Assembly (NCBI GenBank): GCA_009914755.4
Contig: CP086569.2
Coordinates: 19,328,001 to 19,392,000 of the forward strand
DNA from: the human T2T-CHM13v2.0 reference genome, Homo sapiens
DNA length: 64,000 bases
Direction of reading: 5' to 3'
The translations under genes and the position numbers were made by a program. The number at the start of each line of letters is the position of its first letter. Position 1 is the stretch's first letter. This document shows, piece by piece, positions 25,531 through 37,683 of this stretch. The notes under the pieces were generated by a model. That model was not told the DNA's origin. It ran no database searches and worked only from the letters and a program-made list of their open reading frames with translations.

Positions 25531-25608
25531 CACTTCTCAAAAGAAGACATTTATGCAGCCAACAGACATATGAAAAAATGCTCATCATCACTGGTCATTA
25601 GAGAAAAG
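25531..25608 (+). mobile_element. 78-bp L1 ORF2 segment inverted relative to both flanking L1 pieces (fold-back duplicate of the adjacent sequence)
   Basis: + strand reads sense 'cacttctcaaaagaagacatttatgcagccaacagacatatgaaaaaatgctcatcatcactggtcattagagaaaag'. It directly abuts its own reverse complement 'ttggctgcctgtatgtcttttgaaaagcgtctgttca', with an inversion centre at ~25530/25531. Confidence 0.75.
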
Positions 25609-28600
25609 CGCCCATCAACCCATCATCTACATTAGATATTTTTCCTAATGTTATCTCTACACTATCCCACCACCCACCACCATGTTATGTTTTCCTCTCT
25701 GTGTCCATGGGTTCCCATTGTTCAACTCTCATGTAAAAATGAGAACCTGTGGTGTTTGGTTTTCTATTTTTCTGATAGTTTGCTGAGAATGATGGTTTCC
25801 AGCTTCATTCATGTCGCTGCAAAAGACATGAACTCATCCATTTTTGTGGCTGCATACTGTTCCATGGTGTATATGTGCCAGCTTTTCTTTATCCAGTCTA
25901 TCATTGATGCACATTTGGGTTGGTTCTAAGTCTTCACTACTGTGAATAGTGCTGTGATAAACATACATATGCATGTGTCTTTATAGTAGAATGATTTATA
26001 GTCCTTCGGTTATATGCCCAGTAATCAGATTGCTGGGTCAAATGGTAATTCTAGTTCTAGATCCTTGAAGAATCACCACACTGTCTTCCACAAGGGTTAA
26101 ATAATTAACACGCCCACCAACACTGTAAAAGCCTTCGTATTTCTCCACATCCTCTCCAGCATCTGCTGTTTTCTGACTTTTTAATGATCGCCATTCTAAC
26201 TGGAGTGAGATGGTATCTCACTGTGGTTTTGATTTGTATTTCTCAAATAATGAGTGATGATAAGCATTTTTTCATATGTTTGTTGGCTGCATCAAAGTCT
26301 TCTTTTGAGAAGTGTCTGTTCATATCCTTTGCCCACTGTTTGATGAGGTTGTTTGGTTTCTTCTTGTAAACTTGTTTAAGTTCCCTGTAGATTCAGGATG
26401 TTAGTCTTGTTTCAGATAGATAGATTGCAAGATTTTTCACCCATTCTGTAGGTTGTCTGTTCACACTGAGGATAATTTATTTTGCTGTGCTGAAGCTCTT
26501 TAGTTTAATTAGATCCCATTTGTCAATTTTGGCTTTTATACCATTGCTTTTGGTGTTTTGGTTTTGCACATGCTTATGTCCTGAATGGTATTGCCTGCGT
26601 TTGCTTCTAGGAATTTTATGGTTTTAATTCTTACGTGTAAGTCGTTAATCCGCCTTCAGTTGACTTTTGCATAAGGTGAAAGGATGGGGTCCAGTTTCTG
26701 TTATCTGCATATGGCTAGCCAGTTTTCCCAATACCATTTATTAAAGGGAAAATCTTTTCCCCATTGCCTGCTTGTTTCAAGATTGTCAAATATCACATGG
26801 TAGTAGATGTCACATGGTAGTAGATGTGTGGTATTATTTCTGAGGCCACTGTTCTGTTCTATTGGTCTATATATCTGTTTCGGTACAAGTACCATGCTGT
26901 TTTGCTTACTGTGGCCTTGTAATGTAGTTTGAAGTCAGGTAGCGTGATGCCTCCAGATTCATTCTTTTTGCTTAAGATTGTCTTGTCTATGCAGGCTCTT
27001 TTTTGGTTTCATTTGAACTTCAAAGTAGCTTTCTTTTTCCAATTATGTGAAGAAAATTAATGATAGCTTGATGATGATAGCATTGAATCTATAAATTACT
27101 TTGGGCAGTATGGCCATTTTTCCAATATTGATTCTTCTATCCATGAGCATGGAAGCTTTTTATTTTTCATCTCTTTTTATCTCTCTTATTTCCTTCAGCT
27201 GTGGTTTGAAGTTCTCCTTGAATAGGTTCTTCACATCCCTTGTTAGTTGTATTCCGAGGTATTTTATTCTCTTAGTAGCAATTGTGAATGGGAGTTTACT
27301 CATGATTTGTCTTTCTGTTCTCTCTTATTGTGTGTAGGAAAGCTTGTGATTTTTGCACATTGATTTTGAATCCTGAGGCTTAGCTGAAGTTGCTTACCAG
27401 CTTAAGGAGATTTTATGCTGAGATGATGGGTTTTCTAAGTGTACAATCATGTCATCTGCAAACAGAGACAATTTGACTTCCTCGCTTGTGATTTGAATGT
27501 CCCTTATTTCTTTTTCTTCCCTGATTACCCTGGCCAGAAGCTTCAAATACTAGGTTGAATAAGAGTGGAGAGAGAGTGCATCCTTGTCTTGTACCAGTTT
27601 TCAAAGGGAATTCTTCCAGTTTTTGCCCATCAGTATATTGGCAGTGGGTTTGGCATAAGTAGCTCTTATTGTTTTGAGATATATTCTGTACATTTCTACT
27701 TTATTGAGAGTTTTTATCATAAAGCGGTGTTGAATTTTGATGAATGCCTTTTCTGCATCTATTGACATAATCATGTGGTTTTTGTCACTGGTTCTGTTTA
27801 TTTGGTGCATTAGGTTTATTGATTTGCATATGTTGAACCATCTTTGCATTTCAGGGATAAAGCTGACATGATCGTGGTGGATAAGCTTTATGATGTGCTG
27901 CTGGATTGAGTTTGCCAGTATTTTATTGAGGATTTTCACATCAATGTTCATCAGGGATACTGGCCTGAAATTTTCTTTTTTTGGTGTGTCTCTGCCAGGT
28001 TTTATTATCAGGATGATGCTGGCCTCATAACATGATTTATGAAGGATTTCCTCTTTTTGCATTTTTTGTAATAATATCAGAAGGAAGGGTATGAGTGCCT
28101 CTTGTTATGTCTGATAAAATTTGGCTATGAATCTGTCTGGTCCTGAATTTTCTTTCTTGGTAGGCTATCAGTTACTGCCTCAATTTCAGAATTGTTAATA
28201 GACTATTCATGGATTTAACTTCTTCCTGGCTTAAACTTGGGAGGGTGTATGTGTCCAGGAATTTATCCATTTCTTTTAGATTTTCTAGTGTATTTGCATA
28301 GAGGTGTTCAGAGTATTATCTGATGATCAGCAATGATATTCCCTATGTCATTTTTTATTGCATCTATGTGATTTTTCTCTCTTTTCTTCTTTGTTAGTCT
28401 GGCTAGTGGTCTATCTATATTGTTGATCTTTTCAAAAAACCAGCTTACGGATTTATTGATTTTTGAAAGGTTTTTGTGTCTCTGTCTTCTTCAGTTCTGC
28501 TCTGATCATAGTTATTTTATGTCTTCTGCTAGGTTTTGTATTCGTTTGCTCTCACTAAACTAGTTCTTTTAATTTTGATGTTAGGGTGTCAATTTTAGAT

Positions 28601-30197
28601 CTTTCCTGCTTTCTCTTTTGGGCATTTAGTGCTATCAGTTTTTCTCTAAACACCATTTTAAATGTGTCTCAGAGTTTGTGACACATTGTGTCTTCATTCT
28701 TATTGGTTTCAAAGAACATCTTTATTTCTACCTTATTTCAGTATTTACCCAGCAATGATTTACAGCCTGCTCCTAAATGTTCAGTTTCTATGTAGTTGTG
28801 CAGGTTTGTGTGAGTTTCTGAATCCTGGGTTCTCATTTCATTGCACTGTGGTCTGGGAGGCTCTTTGCTATAATTTCCATTCTTTTGCATTTGCTGAGGA
28901 GTGTTTTCCTTCCAATTATGTGGTCAGTTTTTGAATACATGTTATGTGGAACTCAGAAGAATGTATATTCTGTTGATTTGGGGGTGGATAGTTCTGTAGA
29001 TGTCTATTAGGTTTACTTAGTCCACAGCTGAGTTCAAGTCCTGACTATCCTTGTTAATTTTCTGTCTCATTGATTGCTGGCTATTCTTTCTCTGAAGCTA
29101 TATCCTCAAGGGGCATCTGTCAGATGCTAGCCAGTGCTCTCCAATACAAGGTGTCTGTCGGCCCCTGCCAGGAGGTGTCTCCCAGTCAGGATACACAGAG
29201 GTCAGGGATCCACTTGAGAAGGCACTCTGACCATTAGCAGAGCCAGTGCACTGTAATGGGAGGTGTGCTGCTCCTTCAGAGCCATCAGGCGGGGATGTTG
29301 AAGTTTGCTGAAGCTGCATCCATGGCTTCCTTTTCCCCCAGGTGCTCTGTCCCAGGGAGATGGGGGTTTTATTTGTAAGCCCCTGACTGGGGCTGCTATC
29401 ATTTGTTTCGAAAATACCCTACCCGGAGAGAAGAAATCTGGCAGTCTGGCCACATCAGCCTTGCTGAGCTGCAGTTCAAACTTCTCTGAGGCTTTGTTTA
29501 CACCATGAGGTAAAGCAGCCTACTCAAGCCTCAGCAACGGAAGATGCCCATCCCCCCACCAAGCTCCAGTGTCCCAGGTAGATCTCAGACTGCTGCTGTG
29601 CTGGCAGCGAGAATTTCAATCTGGTGAACCATAGTTGGATTGCCACCATCGGGGATGGCACCTGCTAAGCCAGATCACTTGGCTCCTTGGCCTCCGCACT
29701 CCTTTTCAGGGGAGTGAACAGTCCTGTCTCCTTAGCATTCCAGGCACCACTGGGGTAATAAAAACAACAACAACAACAACAACAAAACACTCCTACAATT
29801 AGTTCATTGTTTTTTCTAACAACCCCATTTTTGTGCTTGAAACCCACGGCCCTCATGGTGCAGTTACCAAACGCAATCTCCTGGTCTGCAGGTTTTCAAG
29901 ACCATGGGAGAAGCACATTTTAGGCACAGGGTGCATGGTTCCTCAGGCTAACTCCCTCACAGCTTCTCCTGTGTAAATGAGAAAATTTCCCGACCCATTA
30001 GGCTTCCCGGGAGAGGTGATGACCTACCCTGCTTCAGCTCACACTCCATGGGCTGCAGCCACCATTCAACCAGTCCCTATCAGATGAACAGTGTACCTCA
30101 GGTGGAAATGCAGGAATCACTCACTTTCTTCATCAATCTCCCTGGGAGCTGCAGTCTGGAGCTCTTTTTCTTCAGACGTCTTGCCAGCAATTCCCCC
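25609..30197 (-). mobile_element. L1 'B': younger L1PA-type element. Its 5' UTR reaches the L1 5' terminus, with an internal deletion (ORF1 + first ~150 aa of ORF2) and a missing 3'-terminal ~70 bp and poly(A).
   Basis: 3' UTR antisense begins 'gcgcccatcaacccatcatctacattagatatttttcctaatg...' (cf. gcacccattaactcgtcatttacattaggtat). Minus ORFs match ORF2 RT (27601-28062 '[40 protein letters not shown]...') and the C-terminus (26701-26895 '..[21 protein letters not shown]'). 5' UTR antisense spans 29070-30197 (e.g. 'gctgctatcatttgtttcgaaaataccctacccggagagaagaaatctggcagtctggccacatcagccttgctgagctg'). It joins directly to ORF2-EN antisense 'cagctgagttcaagtcctgactatccttgttaattttctgtctcattg' at ~29070. 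Confidence 0.85.
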
Positions 30198-30609
30198 TTT
30201 CCTGTTTTTTTCTTTTTTTTTTTTTAATGGTGAAGGAGCCATTAACTGGAAATGTAAAACTATGCAAATTCTAGAAGAAAGTACAGAAAGAAATTTATGT
30301 GACCTCAGGTTTGGTCATAAGTTTTAACAAATGACACCAAAGCTGATCAGTAATGGTAAAAATAATTAATAATATTAGTTTTCTTATATTAATAGTTTGT
30401 ACTCTGAGTAAAATCTTATTCAGGAAATAGAAAGATAAGCAAAAGACTGAAAAGAAATATCTGCAAAATACAGATCTAAGCAAGAACTTGCACTGAAAAT
30501 ACACCGATCTTGAAACTCAAAATTAAGATATACTACCCAATTAACAATGAGTAAAGAGCTGAACACACCAATGAAAATACACCGACAGAAAGCAAACAAA
30601 AAGTTGCTC

Positions 30610-30800
30610 AAACTCATATATCTTTAAGGGACTGAAAATTACAACAATGAGATAGCATGGCCCATTTATATTTGTTGGAACGGCTAAACCATTTTTAAAA
30701 CATGACAAATGATTTGCTGGAGGGAAAACAGGAATTCATTCATTGCTCGTGGAATGCACAATGGTGGAGAAAAAAAGAACTCACATTCTCAAATTAATCT
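30610..30800 (+). mobile_element. Ancient L1 3'-end fragment
   Basis: 'acaacaatgagatagcatggcccatttat...ggaattcattcattgctcgtggaatgcacaatggtggag' (old-L1 3' region motif). Confidence 0.45.
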
Positions 30801-31382
30801 GAAAACCTCTTTCTCACCTCTACCATGCACAGAAGGAGCTATCTGGTCTACCTTTTGATGACAGACACGAGATTCAATGTAATCTGTGCATTCGCCAGCA
30901 GCAGTTGGGATCCAGGCAGAAATTAGATGGGCCCCACAATCAAAGTCATCTAAGAACTTTTTAATAAAGAGTGACTTATTCAAGGTACTCACAATAGATG
31001 GCAGAGTTCCCGGGGATAGTAGCAGGATGACACTCTTAGCACTCCTTGGGAGTGAGATTTAAAGGAGGGAGAAATTCTCAGCAATGGAGAGAGGCGGATG
31101 GTGCAGAGAACTTGAAAGATGTCATCACAGGAACTATGACGTCACTTGGCCTTGAGACACAGCAGCAAGTCCAGTGCCACTGTATGCGTAGGCTGGTGTC
31201 CCCACTGGCCAAACCCAATCAGCAGGTAGAGGGCAAAAAATGTCTTGATACCACCTAGAGGCAGGTTAGCAGAGTTTAATCCAGAAATTTTAATTTTATA
31301 AATCTTCCCAATTTAAGCCTCCCCTTACAAGGACAAAGCATAGTTTTATAATACTGACCTAGTATGAATCACTAAAACATGC

Positions 31383-31592
31383 AAGCCGTGCACAGTGGAT
31401 TGCGCCTGTAATCTCAGCAACTCATGAGGTGAGGCTGGTGGATCATTTTGGTCAAAAGATTGAGACCAGCCTGGCCAATGTGGTGAAACCCTGTCTCTAT
31501 TAAATATTCAAAAATTTGCCGGGTGTGGGTGGTGCATTCCTGCAGTCTGAGCTACTTGGGAGGCAAAGGCAGGAGAATTGCTTGAACCTAGG
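31383..31592 (+). mobile_element. Alu, 3'-truncated
   Basis: 'gccgtgcacagtggattgcgcctgtaatctcagcaactcatgaggtgaggctggtggatcat...gccgggtgtgggtggtgcattcctgcagtctgagctacttgggaggcaaaggcaggagaattgcttgaacc'. Confidence 0.85.
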
Positions 31593-32084
31593 GGGTGGAC
31601 ATATGGTTTAGGAGATGCATGTTTTCATTTTATTCTCTTCCAATTTTTCTTCTTTTAGTAGTAAATAGTCATCCATCTCTTAAACATTTTCATTCAGCAT
31701 ATGTTTGTTTTGTTATTGCCAAAGACTGTGCTTTGACAGACATTAAGTCAACCTGAAACTTAAAAAGGAAATTTTACAATTGAATGATGACTTCATAGTG
31801 AGCAAAAATAAAAGCTTGCAGGCTCCTTTAGGCATAGTGTCACAATTTAACTAAGGTCAGTAAACAGATGTCTGAATCTCTGCAAAAAAAGGCCAAACTA
31901 CAGTAACAGAAATTGTCTTCTGCCCTACAACTGGGGCAGAGGAAGTTTTATGGACCACATCCCATGAAGCAAGTCCTTCTAAGATTATCACCCCATTTTT
32001 CAGAAGCAGCTAAGAACCTAACAACAATCACTCATAATAGAAATATAGCTTTGTTTTAAATATGAAAAGTTAAGGTAAAAATGT

Positions 32085-32510
32085 GCAGGCATGGTGTGTC
32101 CCGCCTGTAACTCCAGCACTTTGGGAAGCCAAGATGAGAGGATTGCTTGAACTCAGAAGTTACAGACGACCATGTACAACATGGAAAACTCCATCTCTAC
32201 TAAAAATACAGCAGGGCACTGTGGCTCAAACATGTAATCCCAGCACACTGTAAGACCATGAAGGGTAGATCACTTGAGGTCAAACATTTGAGAGCAGCCT
32301 AGCCAACATGGTGAAACCCCATCTCTACTAAAACAACAAATATTAGCCGGGCATGGCAGTGGGTGTCTGTAATACCAGCTACCCAGGAGGTTGAAGCAGG
32401 ACAATCATTTGAACCCCAAGGCAGTGGTTGCAGTGAGCCCAGTTCACATCATTACACTCAAGCCTGGGTAACAGACTGAGACTCCATCTTAAAAAATATA
32501 AAAGAAAGAA
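32085..32510 (+). mobile_element. Alu left-monomer fragment (32085-32205) followed by a full-length Alu (32207-32510)
   Basis: 'gcaggcatggtgtgtcccgcctgtaactccagcactttgggaagcc...' then 'agcagggcactgtggctcaaacatgtaatcccagcacactg...gcagtgagcccagttcacatcattacactcaagcctgggtaacagactgagactccatcttaaaaaa'. Confidence 0.85.
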
Positions 32511-32533
32511 AGTAAAAAAAGAAATACATAATT

Positions 32534-32705
32534 TGCTTGGTGTGGTGGGGCATGGCTATAATCCCAGCTTTTCGGGAGGTGGAGACACAAGAATTGATTG
32601 TATCTGGGAGGTAATGATTGTAGTGAGCCGAGATCACACTAGTGCAGTCTAGGCTGAATGACAGCATGAGACTCAGTCTCAAAAAACAAACAAACAAACA
32701 AAAAT
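32534..32705 (+). mobile_element. Alu right-arm fragment with (CAAA)n tail
   Basis: 'tgcttggtgtggtggggcatggctataatcccagcttttcgggaggtggagacacaagaattg...gtagtgagccgagatcacactagtgcagtctaggctgaatgacagcatgagactcagtctcaaaaaacaaacaaac'. Confidence 0.8.
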
Positions 32706-35700
32706 AACATTTTGTGTAGTGCTTTTCTTTTCTTAGTATACTATATCTCATATTTGCATATGAAGGCCTACAAAGTTCTCACGTAAGTTAAACTTGCAAA
32801 ATAAACTTTAGATTTAAAATGTTTTAAGTGCCTAAAGTTCCAGCTTCATCTTCAGACAGCAAGCACAAGAATAAACAGAAAACTAAGGAAGCAATGGCGT
32901 GTGATAAATGCAATACATTTTGTTTTAATCTGTGAGATAACGCTGTAACGACAGAAATTTTTAGCTGCTGCTGATGGAAAGAGAGACAAGGCTGATGTAG
33001 TAACAGAGCAGTAATAATATTGGCCACCTGCTATGAATTAGGCATATAAGTTAGCTCACTGAATTCCCTCTACAACCCTGTAGTGTGGAAAATATCCTAC
33101 AGTTTACAGCTGAGGAATACGCAAAGGACCGCCCAAAGGCACACAAGAAATTAGACACACAGATAAGATGCAAGAAGCACTCTAAGAATCAAAGCACTAT
33201 CTACATTTTCCTATATGGCGTTGACTGAAGTTAAGAACTATTGAATTAACTTTAGTCATCCCCTTCTTCGCCATAGAAATGGCAGTTTAAACATCAAGAG
33301 GAAGACTTTGGATAAATTACGTATAACTAAAATTTTATATATTGCTTAAAATCTATTTCAAAAAATATGCTGAACAATGACGTCAAGTTCTTACATAAAA
33401 TTTACTGATTCATTGAGTTCCTCCTTTTTGAATTAGTAACTGTGTTCTCCTCTTGCAAGTAAACAGGTTTTCCTGAAAGAAGGAGCCCTTTAAACACCAT
33501 AATGTTTTCCTGGTAAATACAAAAGCTATTTAATATTTATGGCCAGTATGTCAGACCTAATGACCATTATTTTGTAATAGAAATAGCCTGTGTAGGGGAC
33601 AAAACTTTCACAGGCAAGTAAGAAATAAGCCCTGTTAGCTAACAGGTGATGTGAAGCTATAACTGTCATCTATGTGGTGAAATTCCACCATCTACACCTG
33701 CTAACCAGAGAGGTTTTAAGTTCCTTGAAGAAGAAGATCTGTCTGTTACTATATTGTAAAAGACAATATTGTTATTGTATTGTAGGTATTACTTTCTCAT
33801 TTTCATTTTATTTAACTTGAATCTATGTAGATATAATATCAAGGCAAAATTTGTTACATAGATGATGGTAGTAATTTATAAAAGAAGGGTTAGTCTCCAC
33901 AAGATAGTAGTAAAAGGGGAAACCACACACTGGGTGTCTGGACAACATCAAATAACTACTTTGGTATACTCCCAATAGTCTAACTGAAAATTCCAACAAA
34001 ACGTCACCTCTCCTTACAGGCAATTTCCTAGGAATATATTGAAATATGAAATATATGAAGATTGAGAAAGTACTCACCTTCCAGTCTCAAGGGCAATATA
34101 TACAAGATTCCAGGAGGTTATATATACAGTAAAAATATTATAAATAAAGAAATACATTAGAAGCCAACAAAATAAGAAGCTATGTCACAGGAGACAGAGA
34201 AGTTAAAATTTTCCTAAGTGAAAAAGAAGGTATCTCAAGGGTAAAAGTAATAGGTATCAGAGGCAATAAGTTGCTGTCGACTTCTTGATAATTATAGATT
34301 TATCAACATATATTCAAATAAAGTTTAATAAAATATACAGAAAAAAAACTGGCCTTTCTGATTATATAAAATATTAAGGATAATGGTTTCTCAAAAGTCA
34401 GTGAAAACCATTTTGTTAATTTTTACATAATTAAAATTACAAAAAAAAGTGAACTATAGACAAGACAATGAAGTGTGACGTATTTTTTTTTAAGAATATG
34501 AAACAGACCCAAATTGGGAAGCTGATAACCTGTATCACAACTGAAAACTATGGCTTCTTACCGCATCCAAACATCACTTTTATTCTTCCTTTCATCTTCA
34601 GTCGATTAATTCTAATGATGTAGTCATCTGTTAGTTCAAGTTGATACCTGAGAATCAGAACGACTAAATATAAGTTTCTGAGTTGTCTTTCCAGAAAGAT
34701 GAATATCAATGTACGAGCTTATCTATGGTACAAGTGTACCTGAGGGCACTGAACACGACATTGTGTGAACATCAAAGTCCCTCAGTACTAAAGCCAGGCA
34801 TATGAACGTCAAACATAAAATGTCCAGTAAAACTCTGCCTTGATGTTGTAAAGCACAATCATACAAAATGGAGGGTTGTGCTGCCATAAGGTTACTGAAA
34901 GCATCACTTCCCAGTTGGTCTCAACTGACCCAAAAAGCGAGGAAGAAAATTAAAGTTACACAGCACACAACAGACTCAATCCCAAATGATAATTAGACAG
35001 CCACTTTCAACCCACCTGTACTATCTGCCCACCTGTACTATCTGCCCAGCCCAAACAAACATAAAGAATTCTGTGCCGAGGGACCAATCACAGTCCAGGG
35101 AACCAGGTGCTAAGAGCATTATATCTGAAGTAGCAATACCCGAAGGCACATTTTCAGTTTTACTTTTCTTTTCCAGCTTTTATAAGCTGTCTTTTGTTTC
35201 CAAAAGGATAAAGAAACACTCCTGTGGTGAACAGTCCCCAAACTCCAACACTTGCCAAAGTCATACGGGAATTCCCAAAGCCAGAAAGACACCATGCAGG
35301 CCGTGGAAGCTGTCACAATGATACCAAATAGTTCACCAGCTCCATAACTATATAAAATTAACAAACATACTTTAATACATGTATTCCTAAAAATTCAGTA
35401 ACTACAGAAACTTCATGTTAGCTATTTTAATATAGAAACTGACAAAAAATTGGGTAAAATACATCATTTTCATATGTAAAAAATAAAGTTTCTCATGGCT
35501 AAGAGTAATATGTACCAGAGGCAATAAGCTGTGGCCAACTTCTTGACAACTACAGATTTATCAAAATATATTGAGAATATATTGGGAATTCAGAATCTAT
35601 GAAAGAAGTGTTCTATTTTTAAAAAACATAATTTTTTTAATAGAATAACCTCAAGAAACCTTTGCAAGCTCTGTGTAATGGAATATCCATGATAAATTAT

Positions 35701-36950
35701 GAGGAAGGCAATAAAAAGAGGCCAATAAAATGCCCAGAACACCTGAGTTGAGTCATTTCCTCCTAACACATTAACAGCAAATATTAACTGAGCATTTTTT
35801 ATGTGTAAGATGCTTTTGAATGCACTGAAAATTTACCACATGGACATAGTGTCTTAGCACTGAGGTGTTACTCACTGATACACAAGGTCAAAGTAAAGCC
35901 AAAGTAACCATACTTGTGCATGTTTTCCTTTCCCTATATCAATTACTTAGTTAATTTTAGCTCTTTTCTTTTGATTCTGGCTTTGCAGAATCATCAAGGA
36001 ATACAAGGCACATGTTCACTGACAAACAATCAGACCACTAAGTATAATTTATACATTGTTAGATATCCCCATCATTGTGGCAGTATGAGTGGGGTAGAGG
36101 AAAAGCGATTATAATTCAAACTTTACAGCTTATCAACTATGCAACCTGAGCAAGTCACGATGTACCATGAAATTTAAAGCAAATCACAGCCCTCAATAAA
36201 TGTTCAAGAAGCCATGAGTAAGAAGAACAGAGGAAGTGCTTTTCTATACCTTATCTTTTAAAAACAACCCTAACTCAAATGCAGGAAAGTATTGGCTATT
36301 GATAAACATATGTATTTTTTCAAACATTAAAGTTTGCATAAGATGTTCATCAGAGAATACTTCCATAGTTTTTGTTATGTTTCTACCAAAGTAATTTAAA
36401 CGTATTACTTCTTCAAACGTGCCAAGCAATTACTTTAGAAGTTTGTTCTTCAGCTTTCAGTCATCGTTCTCCTCAAGACACTTTGTATTGTGCTCCCATC
36501 TCCTAAGTCCTCAGTCATGCTTTTATGTTTTTCTTCCTGGAGTTTCTGGGTTTTGAAATTAGTAAAAAAACATAAAGTAAATAAACTATAAAAGCTGAGT
36601 TAACAAATTTAGGAAGAATATCACGTGACATGTTTTTAGTTCAACCAACTAAAACTGCTACATGACAATTACTACTGAGAAGTAGAAGAAAAGAGCCAGA
36701 AATCCTCAGTGTATTTTATGAACTGACCTAGTTACAATGTGTTGAAACTAGCAGAAGCAGGGGCCTGTGACACATGACTGAGAAGAGTGGGAGGGTCTCT
36801 TACTGAGGGGAGTGGAAGAGTGTCAATGAAGAAGTGGTTTCTCATAGAAGACAATTAACACTTAACAATAGTTAAAGGTGATAAATGGTCCGAATCAATT
36901 CTGGGATGAAAGAATGATATTAGCTACAAAGTAATAAAAGCACACTTATG

Positions 36951-37235
36951 GCTGGGAGCTGTGGCTCATGCCTGTAATCCCAGCACTTTGGGAGGCCAAG
37001 GCAGGTGGATCACCTAATAATAGGAGTGTAAGAACAGCCTGGACAACATGGTGAAACCCCATTTTTACTAAAAGTACAACATTAGCCAGGCATGTTGTCA
37101 CACACCTGTAATCCCAGCTACTCAAGAGGCTGAGGAAGGAGAATCGCTTGAACTCGGGAGGCAGAATTCACAGTGAGGTGAGATTGCACCATTGCACTCA
37201 GCAACAATACCAAATCTCCATCTCAAAAAAAAAGT
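36951..37235 (+). mobile_element. Full-length Alu
   Basis: 'ggctgggagctgtggctcatgcctgtaatcccagcactttgggaggccaaggcaggtggatcacc...ccattgcactcagcaacaataccaaatctccatctcaaaaaaaaa'. Confidence 0.9.
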
Positions 37236-37380
37236 GTACTTATGTATTTGAATCTTTTATAATGCTGTTTGTAAGTCTGGAATTTAATTAATAATCTCAT
37301 GGATATTTAAGGTACAATTCTTTTTTCTTGCTTAATATTCTATCAGCTTTAGCCAAGTTTGGTGTATCCAGTTTTCAACT

Positions 37381-37540
37381 ATAATCCTAGCTTTGCAGAA
37401 TGCTGAGGCAAGAGAATCACTTGAGTCCAAGAGTATCAGACCAGCCTGGACAACATAGCAAGACCTTGTCTCTTAAAACCAAAACAGCACCACCACCACC
37501 AACTTACCAAAAAAAAAAAAAACAAAACAAAAAAAACTAT
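37381..37540 (+). mobile_element. Alu monomer (FLAM-like) fragment with long A-rich tail
   Basis: 'ataatcctagctttgcagaatgctgaggcaagagaatcacttgagtccaagagtatcagaccagcctggacaacatagcaagaccttgtctc' then A-rich. Confidence 0.7.
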
Positions 37541-37549
37541 TGATTGAAT

Positions 37550-37683
37550 ACTCATCTAGTTCCCAAAGAGAGGGCAAAAGATATGGGTCATTCAGGGCTT
37601 TCAAGTGCTTAAGAATACTCATCAAGTTCCCAAAGAGAGGGCAAAAGATATGGGTCATTCAGGGCTTTCAAGCGCTTAAGAAT
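37550..37683. repeat. Tandem duplication, 67 bp x 2, with 2 mismatches
   Basis: 'actcatctagttcccaaagagagggcaaaagatatgggtcattcagggctttcaagtgcttaagaat' | 'actcatcaagttcccaaagagagggcaaaagatatgggtcattcagggctttcaagcgcttaagaat'. Confidence 0.95.

Noticed and set aside
25385-28062. ORF-track peptides 25385-25591, 26701-26895, 27601-28062 as independent genes
   Set aside because: All are fragments of the L1 ORF2 protein (RT and C-terminal domain) on the minus strand, interrupted by stops. They are part of the L1 'A'/'B' elements.
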